DNA of 64,000 nucleotides. Origin: an uncultured Chloroflexia bacterium. GTDB taxonomy: Bacteria; Chloroflexota; Limnocylindria; QHBO01. Shown here piece after piece: positions 52,205-62,183 of this stretch. A program made the position numbers and the translations under genes. Where the stretch lies: assembly GCA_963787025.1 (NCBI GenBank), contig CAWBBG010000015.1, positions 32,990-96,989 of the forward strand. Reading direction: 5' to 3'. Position 1 is the stretch's first letter; each line of letters opens with the position of its first letter. Under the pieces are notes generated by a model that had not been told where the DNA came from, searched no databases, and was given only the letters and a program-made list of their open reading frames with translations.

Positions 52205-53380
52205 ATGCCGCGCATGGTAGACGTGGCCGATGCAATCGTGATCGGGGCTGGCGTCCACGGCGCCAGCCTCGCCTTTCACCTGGCCGAGCGAGGGCTTCGA
52301 CCGGTCGTCCTCGAGGCGACAACCATTGCGGCCGGCGCGACGGGGCGCTCGTCCGGCATGGTGCGCATGCACTACGACGTGGAGTCCGACGCGAGGCTGG
52401 CCTGGCAGTCGCACAGCTACTTCCGCTCGTGGTCGGACCGGGTTGGCGGCGACGCCGGCTTTGTCCGCACCGGGTTCCTGCAGCTCGTGCCGGAGGAGGA
52501 GCAGGAGGCCCTGCGCGCCAACGTCTCGATGCTCTCCCGGGTTGGGATTCCGAACGAGCTGATCGAGGCCGACGTCCTGGCCGATTTGCTGCCGGGGGTG
52601 GCCATGGACGGCTTCACCATCGCCGCCTGGGAGCCGGAGTCGGGGTATGCGGATCCCACGGCGACCACCTCGACGCTGCTTGCCGCCGCCGTGGCGAATG
52701 GCGCGCGGGTCGTCCAGCGGGCGCCGGTCACGGCGATCCGCGTCGAGGGCGACCGGGTGGTGGGCGTCGAAACGCCGCGCGGCGCATGGGACGCGGCGAT
52801 CGTGGTGAACGCGGCGGGAGCCTGGGCGGGGCGGATCGCCGCCATGGCGGGCCTGACCCTGCCGCTCGAGGTCTGGCGACATGACGTGGCCTACGTCCGC
52901 CGCCCGGACGACGTCGAGGCGCATCCGGCCATGATCGACTTCGCGAACGCCTTCTACGTCCGCCCTGAGGGGTCGCACCTCACGCTCATCGGCCTCGAGG
53001 ACGGGAACGAGTTCGGTCACGATCCGGATCGCCCTGTTGACGCTGCGGCTCCGGGGTTCCTCGAGCGAGCCGCCGAGCGGCTCTGCCTGCGCCTGCCGGC
53101 ATTCGTCAACGCGGGGCTGCACAGCGCGCACTCAGGACAGGACGGGATCACCCCGGACCAGCATCCGATCATCGGTCCGGCCGGGCCGGAGGGCTTCTAT
53201 CTCGACTGCGGCTTCTCGGGCACCGGCTTCAAGATCGCACCCGCGGTCGGCTGCAACCTCGCGGAGCTGATCATCGACGGTGAGGCAGCGACGGTCGACC
53301 TGGACCCCTACCGGTTCGCGCGTTTCGCCGAGGACGACCCGATCCACGGGGAGCACCCGTACGCGCCCGTCTGGCGCTGA
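52205..53380 (+). CDS. FAD-dependent oxidoreductase (DAO family: sarcosine/glycine/D-amino-acid oxidase-like)
   Basis: DAIVIGAGVHGASLAFHLAERG, and C-terminal GFSGTGFKIAPAVG. Confidence 0.8.
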   Translation: MPRMVDVADAIVIGAGVHGASLAFHLAERGLRPVVLEATTIAAGATGRSSGMVRMHYDVESDARLAWQSHSYFRSWSDRVGGDAGFVRTGFLQLVPEEEQEALRANVSMLSRVGIPNELIEADVLADLLPGVAMDGFTIAAWEPESGYADPTATTSTLLAAAVANGARVVQRAPVTAIRVEGDRVVGVETPRGAWDAAIVVNAAGAWAGRIAAMAGLTLPLEVWRHDVAYVRRPDDVEAHPAMIDFANAFYVRPEGSHLTLIGLEDGNEFGHDPDRPVDAAAPGFLERAAERLCLRLPAFVNAGLHSAHSGQDGITPDQHPIIGPAGPEGFYLDCGFSGTGFKIAPAVGCNLAELIIDGEAATVDLDPYRFARFAEDDPIHGEHPYAPVWR

Positions 53381-53383
53381 GCC

Positions 53384-53734
53384 CTACGCGTCGTTCGAGA
53401 CGGAGCGCCGCGACGCCTTCCTGACGGCGGTGGCGCGCGCCTGCTCCATCAGCCGCTCCGGATCGATGCCGAAGCGCTGAAGGACCCACCAGTCGAGCCG
53501 ATCCGCGCCCGCAGCGGTGAGGAGCGCGCCGAACCAGAAGGCAAGCCGCGGCCCGCGCCCCAGCACGCTGCACGCGATCCCGGACACGAGCGCGGCGACC
53601 AGCGATCCGGAGACGTTGATTGGTCCCTCGGCGTGCTCGGCGGCGCCCAGCCGTCGCTCGACGACCGTGACGCCGGCGCGCACGGTGCCGCCGAGGCCGC
53701 TGCCGAAGAGCGCAGCGACGATCCTGATGATCAT
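53384..53734 (-). CDS. hypothetical small membrane protein
   Basis: ATG 53734 overlaps the upstream TGA (ATGA). Hydrophobic segments IIRIVAALFGSGLGG and LVAALVSGIACSVL. Confidence 0.4.
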   Translation of the reverse strand: MIIRIVAALFGSGLGGTVRAGVTVVERRLGAAEHAEGPINVSGSLVAALVSGIACSVLGRGPRLAFWFGALLTAAGADRLDWWVLQRFGIDPERLMEQARATAVRKASRRSVSNDA

Positions 53735-54442
53735 GATCCTGCCTCCCATGTCTCGCCCGGCTCCAGCTCGACGACGCGCGCGGTGGTCAGCGTGGCCAGC
53801 TGCGCCGGCGTCCCAGCCAGGATCGGGAAGGTGCCGTAGTGGATGGGGACCACGGTCTGCACGCCGGTCAGCTCCACCGCCCGAGCGGCACCCTCCGGGC
53901 CCATGGTGTAGTGCCCCCCGATGGGGAACACGCCGATGCTCGGCTCCCAGCTCCGGTAGAGCGCCATGTCCCCGAAGACGTCGGTGTCGCCGGAGTGGTA
54001 GACGCGGGTGCCGTCCTCGAACTCGATCAGCCAGCCCCAGCAGCCCACCTCGCGCGTCACGTCAGGGCCGTTGCCGGTGATGGTCACCCCGCCGGTGTGA
54101 TCGGCGTGGACCATGGTGAGCCTGATGCCGGCGGCCTCGACGGTCCCGCCGTGGTTCATGCCGATGGCGTCCACCCCGCGCGACGCCAGGTAGATCTGGA
54201 GCTCGTGGCTTGCGACGACCGTCGCGCCCCCGCTGGCGAGCTCCACGACATCGGCTGCGTCGTTGCCCACGTGGTCGAAGTGCCCGTGCGTGGGAGCCAC
54301 GAGATCGACCTGCTCGGCGGTGCGGTAGGCGTCCGCGTACGTTGGGCGCCCCCGTCCATCGGTCAACCCAGAGCCACCTGTTGCCGGGCGATCGGTACAG
54401 GACCCCGCCGTGGCCGAGCCGGGTGATGCGCAGGCTGGACAT
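53731..54442 (-). pseudogene. metal-dependent hydrolase (UPF0173/MBL fold) with an apparent frameshift near 54342
   Basis: MSSLRITRLGHGGVLYRSPGNRWLWVDRWTGAP in the ORF 54062..54442 frame. TYADAYRTAEQVDLVAPTHGHFDHVGN..HSGDT..PIHYGTFP in the ORF 53731..54366 frame. Confidence 0.75.
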
Positions 54443-54500
54443 GCCTCAGTCTCCTTTCCCGTTGCCGGACCATCGTAGCCCCATGCGTGGGACGGGGCAC

Positions 54501-55190
54501 CTACCCGGGGATGAGCAGCCTGCCGGCCTGGGCGATGCGCCGCATCCAGGGGAGCTCGCGCTCCAGGGTGGTCTCCGGGCCGTGGCCGGGCAGGACGCGC
54601 GTGGCCGGTGGGATCGCGGCAGCCAGGCGTCGAAGGCTCTCCACCATGGCCGCGTCGTCGCCGCCGGGAAGATCCGTGCGGCCGTAGCTGCCGGCGAACA
54701 GGGTGTCCCCGGAGAGGAGCAGCCCGTGGCGCTCCTCGAGGAGGCAGATGGATCCCTCGGTGTGGCCCGGAGTGTGGAGCACGGTGAAGACGAGATCGCC
54801 GACGGTCAGCTGGTCGCCCTCGCGGAGTGCGCGATCCATGCTGCTTGGCTCCACGCTGAACCCGTAGTTGTTCTGCCCCGCAAGCCGGTACGCGTCATCG
54901 GGGTGGATCCCGATGGGCGCCCCGGACGCGCGCCGCAGCGGGGCGTTGTCGAAGACGTGGTCGATGTGTCCGTGGCTGTTGCCGATCAGGTGCAGGCTCA
55001 GCCCGTTGGCGGCCGCTCGCTGGACGAGCGGTTCGGCGGCTCCCATCCCCGGGTCGAGTACAAGCGCATCGGACGAGCGGCCGTCCCAGACCAGGTAGGC
55101 ATTGGTGGCCCAGGGCCCGAAGACGCCGGTCTCGATGCGCGGCCGGTGCGCAGGACCCCCGGTGCCGCGCTCGACGACCGGGTCGCTCAC
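54501..55190 (-). CDS. MBL-fold metallo-hydrolase (glyoxalase II-like)
   Basis: GTG 55190 overlaps the lipB stop (GTGA). HGHIDHV, HTPGHTEGS, GDTLF, GHG motifs. Confidence 0.8.
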   Translation of the reverse strand: MSDPVVERGTGGPAHRPRIETGVFGPWATNAYLVWDGRSSDALVLDPGMGAAEPLVQRAAANGLSLHLIGNSHGHIDHVFDNAPLRRASGAPIGIHPDDAYRLAGQNNYGFSVEPSSMDRALREGDQLTVGDLVFTVLHTPGHTEGSICLLEERHGLLLSGDTLFAGSYGRTDLPGGDDAAMVESLRRLAAAIPPATRVLPGHGPETTLERELPWMRRIAQAGRLLIPG

Positions 55191-55990
55191 TGTTCGCTGG
55201 CTCCTGCGGGACCGGCCACCCCCGGCCGGCCCTCCACGAGCTGCAGGCCAAGCGCGGCGGCGAGCTCGGAGGCCAGCGCGGCCTCGACCTCCTCCATGGC
55301 GACCGGGTGCCCCAGCTCGCGCTGCAGGCTCGTCACGCCCTTGCCGCGAATGCCACACGGGATCATCTCGTCGAACCAGCGCAGATCCGTGTTCACGTTC
55401 AGGGCCAGTCCGTGGGTGGTGACCCCACGGCGCACGCGGACGCCGATGGCGGCAAGCTTGCGCTCCGCATCGACCCAGACGCCCGCGAGGCCATCCACCC
55501 GACCTGCGCCGACCCCGAAGCGCGCCGCGGAGGCGATGATCGCCGCCTCGAGGGTGCGGACATAGCGGCGCAGGTCCAGCGGGTCGGCCAGCTCCACGAT
55601 CGGATAGGCGACCAGCTGGCCCGGACCATGGAAGGTGATGTCGCCGCCCCGGTCGATGCGCAGGTATGCCGCACCCAGCTCGCGAAGCCGGTCCGGGCCG
55701 GCCAGCAGGTTGGACTCGTCTCCGCCGCGGCCGATGGTGTACACGGGGAAGTGCTCCAGAAGAAGCAGGCGGTCGCCGCTCCGCCGCTCACGCCGCTGCT
55801 GCGCCAGCTCGTCCTGCAGCTCCCAGGTGGGCTCGTAGGCGACGGTGCCCAGCCGCTCCACGGTGAGAAGGCCGCCATGGGCGGCGAGGAGCGGGCGCTC
55901 GGTGCTGGCGGGAGTGAACGGCGCATCGCGCGGCGGGCGACGCAGGCGCGGGGGTGCGGCTGCGTCTGCCGGGCGGCTCGGAGATGTCAC
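55187..55990 (-). CDS. lipB: octanoyltransferase LipB
   Basis: LLLLEHFPVYTIGRGG, RGGDITFHGPGQLVAYPI, KLAAIGVRVRRGVTTHGLALNV. Confidence 0.9.
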   Translation of the reverse strand: MTSPSRPADAAAPPRLRRPPRDAPFTPASTERPLLAAHGGLLTVERLGTVAYEPTWELQDELAQQRRERRSGDRLLLLEHFPVYTIGRGGDESNLLAGPDRLRELGAAYLRIDRGGDITFHGPGQLVAYPIVELADPLDLRRYVRTLEAAIIASAARFGVGAGRVDGLAGVWVDAERKLAAIGVRVRRGVTTHGLALNVNTDLRWFDEMIPCGIRGKGVTSLQRELGHPVAMEEVEAALASELAAALGLQLVEGRPGVAGPAGASEQ

Positions 55991-56011
55991 GCATCGACGG
56001 GCGGTCGCCGC

Positions 56012-57091
56012 TCAGACGGCGACGGCTCCCGTGGACGCGAGGCTGCCGGGGACCTGCTCTGCGGCGTGGTAGCTGGAGCGCACCAGCGGTCCGGACTGGA
56101 CGTGGCGGAAGCCCATCTCCAGCCCGATGCGTCGCAGGGCCACGAACTCGGCCGGCGTGTAGTACTTCACCAACGGCAGGTGCTGGCGGCTGGGGCGCAG
56201 ATACTGGCCGATGGTCAGCACATCGATATCGGCCTCCCGGAGCAGCCGCATGGCGTCGATGACCTCGTCCCACGCCTCGCCCAGGCCCAGCATGATCCCG
56301 GTCTTGGTGACCATGGCGTCGAAGCCGATCTCCCGCGCGAGGGCGCGGCCGGTGGTGAGCACCTCCACGCTCCGATCCCAGCGCGCCCGACGGCGGACGG
56401 GCCGCTGCAGGCGAGGAACCGTCTCCACGTTGTGCCCCAGGATTTCCGGCTGCGCCTCGACCACGGCGCGGATGTCCGCGGGGCGCCCGTTGAGGTCGCT
56501 GATGAGCACCTCGATGCTGGTCCCGGAATTGACGTGGCGGATCGCGCGGATCGTCTCGGCCATCAGGCCGGCGCCGCCGTCGGGCAGGTCGTCGCGGGCG
56601 ACCATGGTCACCACCACGTGGCGCAGGTGCATGCCGCGCGTTGCCTCCGCGACCCGCTGCGGCTCCTCGAGATCGGTGGTCGGGGGCCGACCGGTGTCGA
56701 TGGCACAGAAGCCGCAGTTCCGGGTGCAGACCGATCCACCGATCATGAAGGTGGCGGTGCCCAGCGCCCAGCACTCACCGATGTTCGGGCAGTGTGCCTC
56801 CTCGCAGACGGTGTTCAGGGCCTCCGCGCGGACGAGCTGCCGCACGCCGGCGAAGGTCTCCCCGGCCCCGATGCGCACCTTGAGCCATTCGGGCCGGCGG
56901 CCTCCGGGACCGGCGTTCTCCGGGATAGGGTCGCCAGGCGCCAGGAGCCCGCCGTCGACGAGCGGACCGCCCGGATACATGATCTCGGACGGCGCCACGT
57001 GGCCGTGCCGGGCAGCGGATGCGCTGTCGCCGACCACGGAGAGCTCGCCGAGCGCGGTGAAATCGCGAGGAGCAGCCGGATCGGGGGACAT
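56012..57091 (-). CDS. lipA: lipoyl synthase LipA
   Basis: CEEAHCPNIGEC and CTRNCGFC cluster motifs, and the radical-SAM core. Confidence 0.9.
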   Translation of the reverse strand: MSPDPAAPRDFTALGELSVVGDSASAARHGHVAPSEIMYPGGPLVDGGLLAPGDPIPENAGPGGRRPEWLKVRIGAGETFAGVRQLVRAEALNTVCEEAHCPNIGECWALGTATFMIGGSVCTRNCGFCAIDTGRPPTTDLEEPQRVAEATRGMHLRHVVVTMVARDDLPDGGAGLMAETIRAIRHVNSGTSIEVLISDLNGRPADIRAVVEAQPEILGHNVETVPRLQRPVRRRARWDRSVEVLTTGRALAREIGFDAMVTKTGIMLGLGEAWDEVIDAMRLLREADIDVLTIGQYLRPSRQHLPLVKYYTPAEFVALRRIGLEMGFRHVQSGPLVRSSYHAAEQVPGSLASTGAVAV

Positions 57092-57140
57092 GCCGCCAGT
57101 CTAGCGAAGGCCGCCCGTCAGCGCAGCCGCGCCGCCAACC

Positions 57141-58106
57141 TCAGTCGTCCTCGCCCGGAGCCGATGGACCGGGATCGGTCGACCCGTATGCCGGGACGTC
57201 CGCGCTCGATGTGAGGTCGTCCACGGTGCCGATGGGTTCGTCCTCGAGGGCGCTGTACACCTCCCAGCTCGCGCGCTTGCGCGCCGGGGGCGGTGGGGCG
57301 GCGGCTGGCGGTTGTTCCTCTGCTCGTCGCCGCGACGTCAGGATGGCGATCCCCGCCACGCCTGCGATGACGAACAGCCCAAGCAGCACGGAGAGCAGGA
57401 GCGGTCCGGTGCGGTCATCGGTGCTGGTGCCCGCGGCCGTTCCGGTCGGCGATGGGGAGCGGCTGCCGGCGGATGCGGCCAGGCCGGGGCTCGCCGTTCC
57501 CACCGGCGCGATGGATCCGCCGACTCCCACGGGTGAGGCGACGGCGGTCGACCCGGGGCTGCCGGACGCGGCGACGCTGGACGTCGCCCGCGGGGTGGTC
57601 GCCGGGACCGGCGTGGAGGTCGGGATCGGTGTCGGCCGCGGCGTGGGGGTCGGGGCGGTCGTGGGCTTGGGTGTCGGCGTCGGGACCGGCGTCCGGACCG
57701 GGATGACGGCCAGGGAGCCGGCGGCCAGCGTCTCGGTCGTGCCGGCAACTGCGAAGGTGACCGCCCAGGTGTCGACGGGGATGCCGGTGGTCTGGAAACG
57801 CCAGGTCGTGGTGCCGCCGCGCCCGGTGTAGACGGTCATGTCGTAGACGATCGTCTTGGCTCCGGCGCCCGCGAGCTGAACCTGGACCGTGACGTTCGCG
57901 TTCCCGGTCGTGGACACGGAGAAGGTCACGACGTCGCCCGCGCTGGCCGTCCGTGGCGACACCTGCGGGTTCGAGAGCGAGGTCGCCGCCTGGGCGGCGA
58001 CGGGGATGAGCAGGAGCGCCGAGAGCGCAGCGAGCAGCGGCAGCGGGCCACCCAGGCGCGCACGTCGTTGCCCACCCCTGTCGTTGGCTGGCGCACGCTG
58101 ACCCAA
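57141..58106 (-). CDS. membrane-anchored secreted protein with Ig-like N-domain, Pro/Thr-rich linker, C-terminal TM and acidic tail
   Basis: TTG 58106 preceded by GGAGG. Signal LPLLAALSALLLIPVAAQA. PVPTPTPKPTTAPTPTPRPTPIPTSTP. TM LLLSVLLGLFVIAGVAGIAIL. Confidence 0.55.
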   Translation of the reverse strand: MGQRAPANDRGGQRRARLGGPLPLLAALSALLLIPVAAQAATSLSNPQVSPRTASAGDVVTFSVSTTGNANVTVQVQLAGAGAKTIVYDMTVYTGRGGTTTWRFQTTGIPVDTWAVTFAVAGTTETLAAGSLAVIPVRTPVPTPTPKPTTAPTPTPRPTPIPTSTPVPATTPRATSSVAASGSPGSTAVASPVGVGGSIAPVGTASPGLAASAGSRSPSPTGTAAGTSTDDRTGPLLLSVLLGLFVIAGVAGIAILTSRRRAEEQPPAAAPPPPARKRASWEVYSALEDEPIGTVDDLTSSADVPAYGSTDPGPSAPGEDD

Positions 58107-58169
58107 TTTGACCTCCGTGGTGACGAGGGGCGCCGCATCGCGGCCGCGGTCCGCGCCACAATACTGACC

Positions 58170-58943
58170 ATGGCTCCATCGGTCACGTCCCTCGTGGACG
58201 AGATCGTCGCCCTCCTCGCCTCGGCCGGTACACCGGGACGGGCGGAGCAGGAGCGGCGATACCTCAAGAGCGACCTGTACTTCCTGGGCGCGTCCCACCA
58301 GGAGACGGGTCGAATAGCACGGTCCGTTGCCCGCCGCGAGCATCTCGACCGGGGCGCCACCGTGGCACTCGCGGGGGCGCTGTGGGGCCCGCCGGTCTTC
58401 GAGCGCCGGGCGGCTGCGGCCACGATCCTCGAGGTTGGGGCAGCCTCGCTGACGCCAGACGACCTGCCGCTCCTTGAGCGTCTTCTCCGTGAGTCGGGGA
58501 CCTGGGCGCTGGTCGACGACCTCGCGGCCAGCGTCGTGGGCGAGATCGCCTCAAGCCACCCAGATGCCGTGCGACCGGTCCTCGACCGGTGGGCCGCCGA
58601 CGGCGACTTCTGGATCAGGCGCGCGTCACTGCTCGCCGAGCTGCTCCCGCTCAAGCGCGGCGCTCCGCTCGACCCGTTCGCGCTCCGGGCGGACGCCATG
58701 CTGGAGGAGCGCGAGTTCTTCATTCGCAAGGCCATCGGCTGGGTCCTGCGCGAGGTGGGGAAGCGGCGGCCGGATGAGGTCGTCGGCTGGCTGGCGTCAC
58801 GCGCGACCCGGGCCAGCGGCGTGACCATGCGGGAGGCAGTCAAGTACCTTCCCGACGCCGACGCGGCACGCCTGATGCAGACCTATACGGCGTCGCGGAG
58901 GCGCGGCGCAGGACAGAAGGGCGGCACGCGCGAGCGACGGTGA
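58170..58943 (+). CDS. DNA alkylation repair enzyme (AlkD-like HEAT-repeat family)
   Basis: Start at the internal ATG 58170. ERRYLKSDLYFLGA, FWIRRASLL, FFIRKAIGWVLRE. Confidence 0.7.
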   Translation: MAPSVTSLVDEIVALLASAGTPGRAEQERRYLKSDLYFLGASHQETGRIARSVARREHLDRGATVALAGALWGPPVFERRAAAATILEVGAASLTPDDLPLLERLLRESGTWALVDDLAASVVGEIASSHPDAVRPVLDRWAADGDFWIRRASLLAELLPLKRGAPLDPFALRADAMLEEREFFIRKAIGWVLREVGKRRPDEVVGWLASRATRASGVTMREAVKYLPDADAARLMQTYTASRRRGAGQKGGTRERR

Positions 58944-58949
58944 GAACGC

Positions 58950-59708
58950 TCAGCCGGCGGGCGGGCCCACGTACTCGTCGAACTCCCGGACAAGCCTGAA
59001 TCCCATGCGCTCGTAGATCGGTCGTCCCATGTCGCTCGCCTGGAGCACGGCCAACGTCCAGCCGGGATCCGCGTCGCGCAGCAGGTGCCAGGTCATGGCC
59101 GTGCCGATCCCGCGGCCGCGCGCCTCGGGCGCCGTTGCGACGCTGTAGATCCCGACCGTGTCGCCGGTCCGCACAGCGAGCGACGTGGCGACAGGCTTGC
59201 CGTCCAGTGAGCCGACGAAGGCGCGGACCGACTGCTCCCCGAGGATCGAGGTTGGGTACATGACCTCGACCAGGCTGCGTGGCATCTCGAATCCTTCCTC
59301 GGTAGCCTGCCAGAAGGCATCGATGTTGCTCGAGTCGACCCGCAGGATCGCGAGCTCGGCCGGGGGGTCGGGGACCCCTCGTGGCTCGAGAGCGAAGCAG
59401 GGGAGCCGCCCGGCGGGCGCCAACCCGGCCCTTGCGGCGGCCGTCGCGAGGGTGGATGTCGAGGCGGGGACGTGGACCACGAAGGGCAGCGCGGTGGCCC
59501 GCAGCCGAGCAACCACCTCGATCATTGCGTCGCGGGTCGTCTCTGCCGATGGCCAGGCGGCGTTGAAGAAGCCCACGGGCACCCCCAGGCTGGCGACGGG
59601 AACCCCGGCCACGCGCTCGGCGAAGCCGCTGGCGGTATGACCGGCGATCAGCGCGAAGGTACCCGTGAAATTGGCGTCGTGGGCTGCCGCCTGTTCGGCC
59701 GGGGTCAT
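58950..59708 (-). CDS. GNAT family N-acetyltransferase
   Basis: C-terminal acetyl-CoA motif VATAPEARGRGIGTAMTWHLL and YERMGF. Confidence 0.75.
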   Translation of the reverse strand: MTPAEQAAAHDANFTGTFALIAGHTASGFAERVAGVPVASLGVPVGFFNAAWPSAETTRDAMIEVVARLRATALPFVVHVPASTSTLATAAARAGLAPAGRLPCFALEPRGVPDPPAELAILRVDSSNIDAFWQATEEGFEMPRSLVEVMYPTSILGEQSVRAFVGSLDGKPVATSLAVRTGDTVGIYSVATAPEARGRGIGTAMTWHLLRDADPGWTLAVLQASDMGRPIYERMGFRLVREFDEYVGPPAG

Positions 59709-59724
59709 GCGGGGATCCTCGCGG

Positions 59725-61155
59725 TCATCCGATCTGGGTGGTGATGTCCCAGCTCTCGAGGCGCTTTCGAACGTCGGCGAGGAAGTAGCCGACCTGGGCG
59801 CCGTCGAGGACCCGGTGGTCGAAGCTGCAGGTCATGTTCATCATCGGCCGGATGGCGATCACGTCGGACCCGTCCACCTCGACGACCACCGGCCGCTTGA
59901 CGATCGCCTCCATGGAGAGGATCGCAACCTCCGGTGCGTTGACGATGGGCATGGAGCTGACCGAGCCGAACCAGCCGGTGTTGTTCACGGTGAAGGTGCC
60001 GCCCTGGATCTCCTCCAGGCGCAGCTTGTTCGTCCGCGCCCGCGCCGCCAGGTCCTGGACCTGGCGGTTGACGCCGCTGATGGAGAGCTGATCCGCGTTG
60101 TGGATGACGGGGACCAGCAGCCCGTTGTCGACGGCCACCGCGATCCCGACGTTCATGGCCTGCTTGAGGATCACCCGATCCTCCGCGAACTGGCTGTTCA
60201 CCATGGGATGCTGGCGGAGCGTCTCGGTGACGGCCTTGATCACGACCGCCACGTAGCTGATGCCGATCCCCTCGCGCGCCTTGTAGGCGGCGTTGTTCGC
60301 CTCGCGCCAGCGCACGACGTTGCCCATGTCCACCTCCACCACGGTGTAGGCGTGGGGGACCGTCTGCTTGACGCGCGTCATCTTGGCGGCGATCCCCTTG
60401 CGCATCTGCGAGAGGGGGATCTCCTGGTCGCCGGCGATCGGCGCGGGGACAGGTGTCGGTGCAGGCGCCGGAGCGGCAGCGGCCGCTGCGGGGGCGAGGG
60501 CCGGTGCGGCCGGGGCAGGCTGCGCCGGTCGGGAAGGCTGCGGAACCGGGGCCGGTGCCGCGGGTGCCGACGGCTGACCGGAGCGCTGCGCCACGAAGGC
60601 GAGCACGTCGTCGCGGGTCACACGGCCGCCGCTGCCGCTGCCGGTGATCTGTGCGATGTCGAGGTCATGCTCGCGCACCAGCCGCCGAACGGCCGGCGTC
60701 ATCCGAACCGATGCGTCGGTCGCGGGCTCGCCGCTCACCGCGGCGGCCTGCTGCGCGGGTGCGGCCGGCTCGGCCGCCGATATGGTCGGCTCGGCCGCCG
60801 GTGCTGGCGGCTCGGCCATGGGGACGGGCGTCACCGTTTCGGCGGCCGCGGGTGCCGCGCCGGCAGGTGGCGCAGCCGATTCGGCCGGCGGGGCCTCGGT
60901 TGCCGCCGCGTCGCCGTCGCCGGCGTCGATCTCTGCGAGTGGCGTTCCGACCTTCACGGTCTGGCCGTCGCTGACGATGATCCTGGTGACCGTCCCCGCC
61001 ACCTCGGCGGGGACCTCCGCGTTGACCTTGTCGGTCACGACCTCGAAGAGCGGATCGTACTGCTCGACCCGATCGCCCTCCTTCACCAGCCAGCGCTCGA
61101 TCGTGCCCTCCGTGACGGACTCGCCGAGCTGCGGCATCTTGATCGTGGTTGCCAT
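59725..61155 (-). CDS. dihydrolipoamide acyltransferase (E2) of a 2-oxoacid dehydrogenase complex
   Basis: Lipoyl domain EVVTDKVNAEVPA. PSBD MTPAVRRLVREHDLDIAQITGSGSGGRVT. Catalytic DHRVLDG. Confidence 0.9.
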   Translation of the reverse strand: MATTIKMPQLGESVTEGTIERWLVKEGDRVEQYDPLFEVVTDKVNAEVPAEVAGTVTRIIVSDGQTVKVGTPLAEIDAGDGDAAATEAPPAESAAPPAGAAPAAAETVTPVPMAEPPAPAAEPTISAAEPAAPAQQAAAVSGEPATDASVRMTPAVRRLVREHDLDIAQITGSGSGGRVTRDDVLAFVAQRSGQPSAPAAPAPVPQPSRPAQPAPAAPALAPAAAAAAPAPAPTPVPAPIAGDQEIPLSQMRKGIAAKMTRVKQTVPHAYTVVEVDMGNVVRWREANNAAYKAREGIGISYVAVVIKAVTETLRQHPMVNSQFAEDRVILKQAMNVGIAVAVDNGLLVPVIHNADQLSISGVNRQVQDLAARARTNKLRLEEIQGGTFTVNNTGWFGSVSSMPIVNAPEVAILSMEAIVKRPVVVEVDGSDVIAIRPMMNMTCSFDHRVLDGAQVGYFLADVRKRLESWDITTQIG

Positions 61156-61194
61156 GTGGCTCCTTTGAGTTCTTCTCCTGCTGAGCGTACCCGA

Positions 61195-62181
61195 TCAGTA
61201 CGCCGCGAGCGTGCGCGCCGCCTCGACGATCTTCCCGGGGTCGATCATGTACCAGTCTTCCAGGCTGTGGTGGTAGGGGACGCCGGGGACCTCCGGCGCC
61301 GCGAGCCGGGTCACCGGTCCGTCGAGGTGCTCGAACCCCTCCTCGGCGATGGTGGCCGCGATCTCCGCTCCGTAGCCGCCGAAACGGTTCGCCTCATGCA
61401 CGACGAGCGCCTTCCCGGTCTTCGCGACCGAGCCCAGGACGGCGTCGACGTCGAGCGGTCGAAGGCTGCGCAGATCGATGATCTCGGCGGAGATGCCGTC
61501 CTCGCGAGCGAGCGTCTCGGCCGCCTCGAGGGCGCAGGACCGCATGTAGCCGTAGCAGAAGATCGACAGGTCCTTGCCCTCACGGGCAACCTGGGCCTTG
61601 CCGATCTCGACGATGTGGTCACCCTCGGGGACCTCCGCCTTGAAGAGGCGGTACGTCTTCTTGTGCTCGAAGAAGAGCACGGGATCGGGGTCGCGGATGG
61701 CTGCCTTGAGCAGTCCGCGCGCGTCCGCCGGGGTGCCGGGCGCAACCACCTTGAGGCCGACGGTGCTCGTGAAGTAGGCCTCGTTCGACTGCGAGTGGTA
61801 CAGGGCGCCGTGAACGCCGCCGCCATACGGCATGCGGATCACCAGCGGCATCCCGAAGGTGCCGTTCGAGCGGTAGCGCATGCGGCTGATCTCGCTGACG
61901 ATCTGGTTGAAGGCCGGATAGACGAAGTCGGCGAACTGCATCTCGGCGATGGGCCGCAGTCCGTAGACCGCGGCACCCGCCGCCGCCCCTGCGATGAGAC
62001 CCTCGGAGAGCGGCGTGTCGAGGACGCGCTTGTCCCCGTACTTCGCCCAGAGCCCCTCGGTCGCCCCGAAGACGCCACCCTTTCGTCCGACGTCCTCCCC
62101 CAGGATCATGACCCGCTCGTCGCGCTCCATCTCCTCGTCCATGGCAAGCCGGATCGCCTCGAGGATGTTCAGCTCCGCCAT
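61195..62181 (-). CDS. 2-oxoacid dehydrogenase E1 component beta subunit
   Basis: Start at ATG 62181, 2 nt after the E1 alpha stop. MAELNILEAIRLAMDEEM..DTPLSEGLIAG.. Confidence 0.9.
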   Translation of the reverse strand: MAELNILEAIRLAMDEEMERDERVMILGEDVGRKGGVFGATEGLWAKYGDKRVLDTPLSEGLIAGAAAGAAVYGLRPIAEMQFADFVYPAFNQIVSEISRMRYRSNGTFGMPLVIRMPYGGGVHGALYHSQSNEAYFTSTVGLKVVAPGTPADARGLLKAAIRDPDPVLFFEHKKTYRLFKAEVPEGDHIVEIGKAQVAREGKDLSIFCYGYMRSCALEAAETLAREDGISAEIIDLRSLRPLDVDAVLGSVAKTGKALVVHEANRFGGYGAEIAATIAEEGFEHLDGPVTRLAAPEVPGVPYHHSLEDWYMIDPGKIVEAARTLAAY

Positions 62182-62183
62182 GG

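Noticed and set aside
55307-57214. 635-aa plus-strand ORF
   Set aside because: It is antisense to lipB and lipA.
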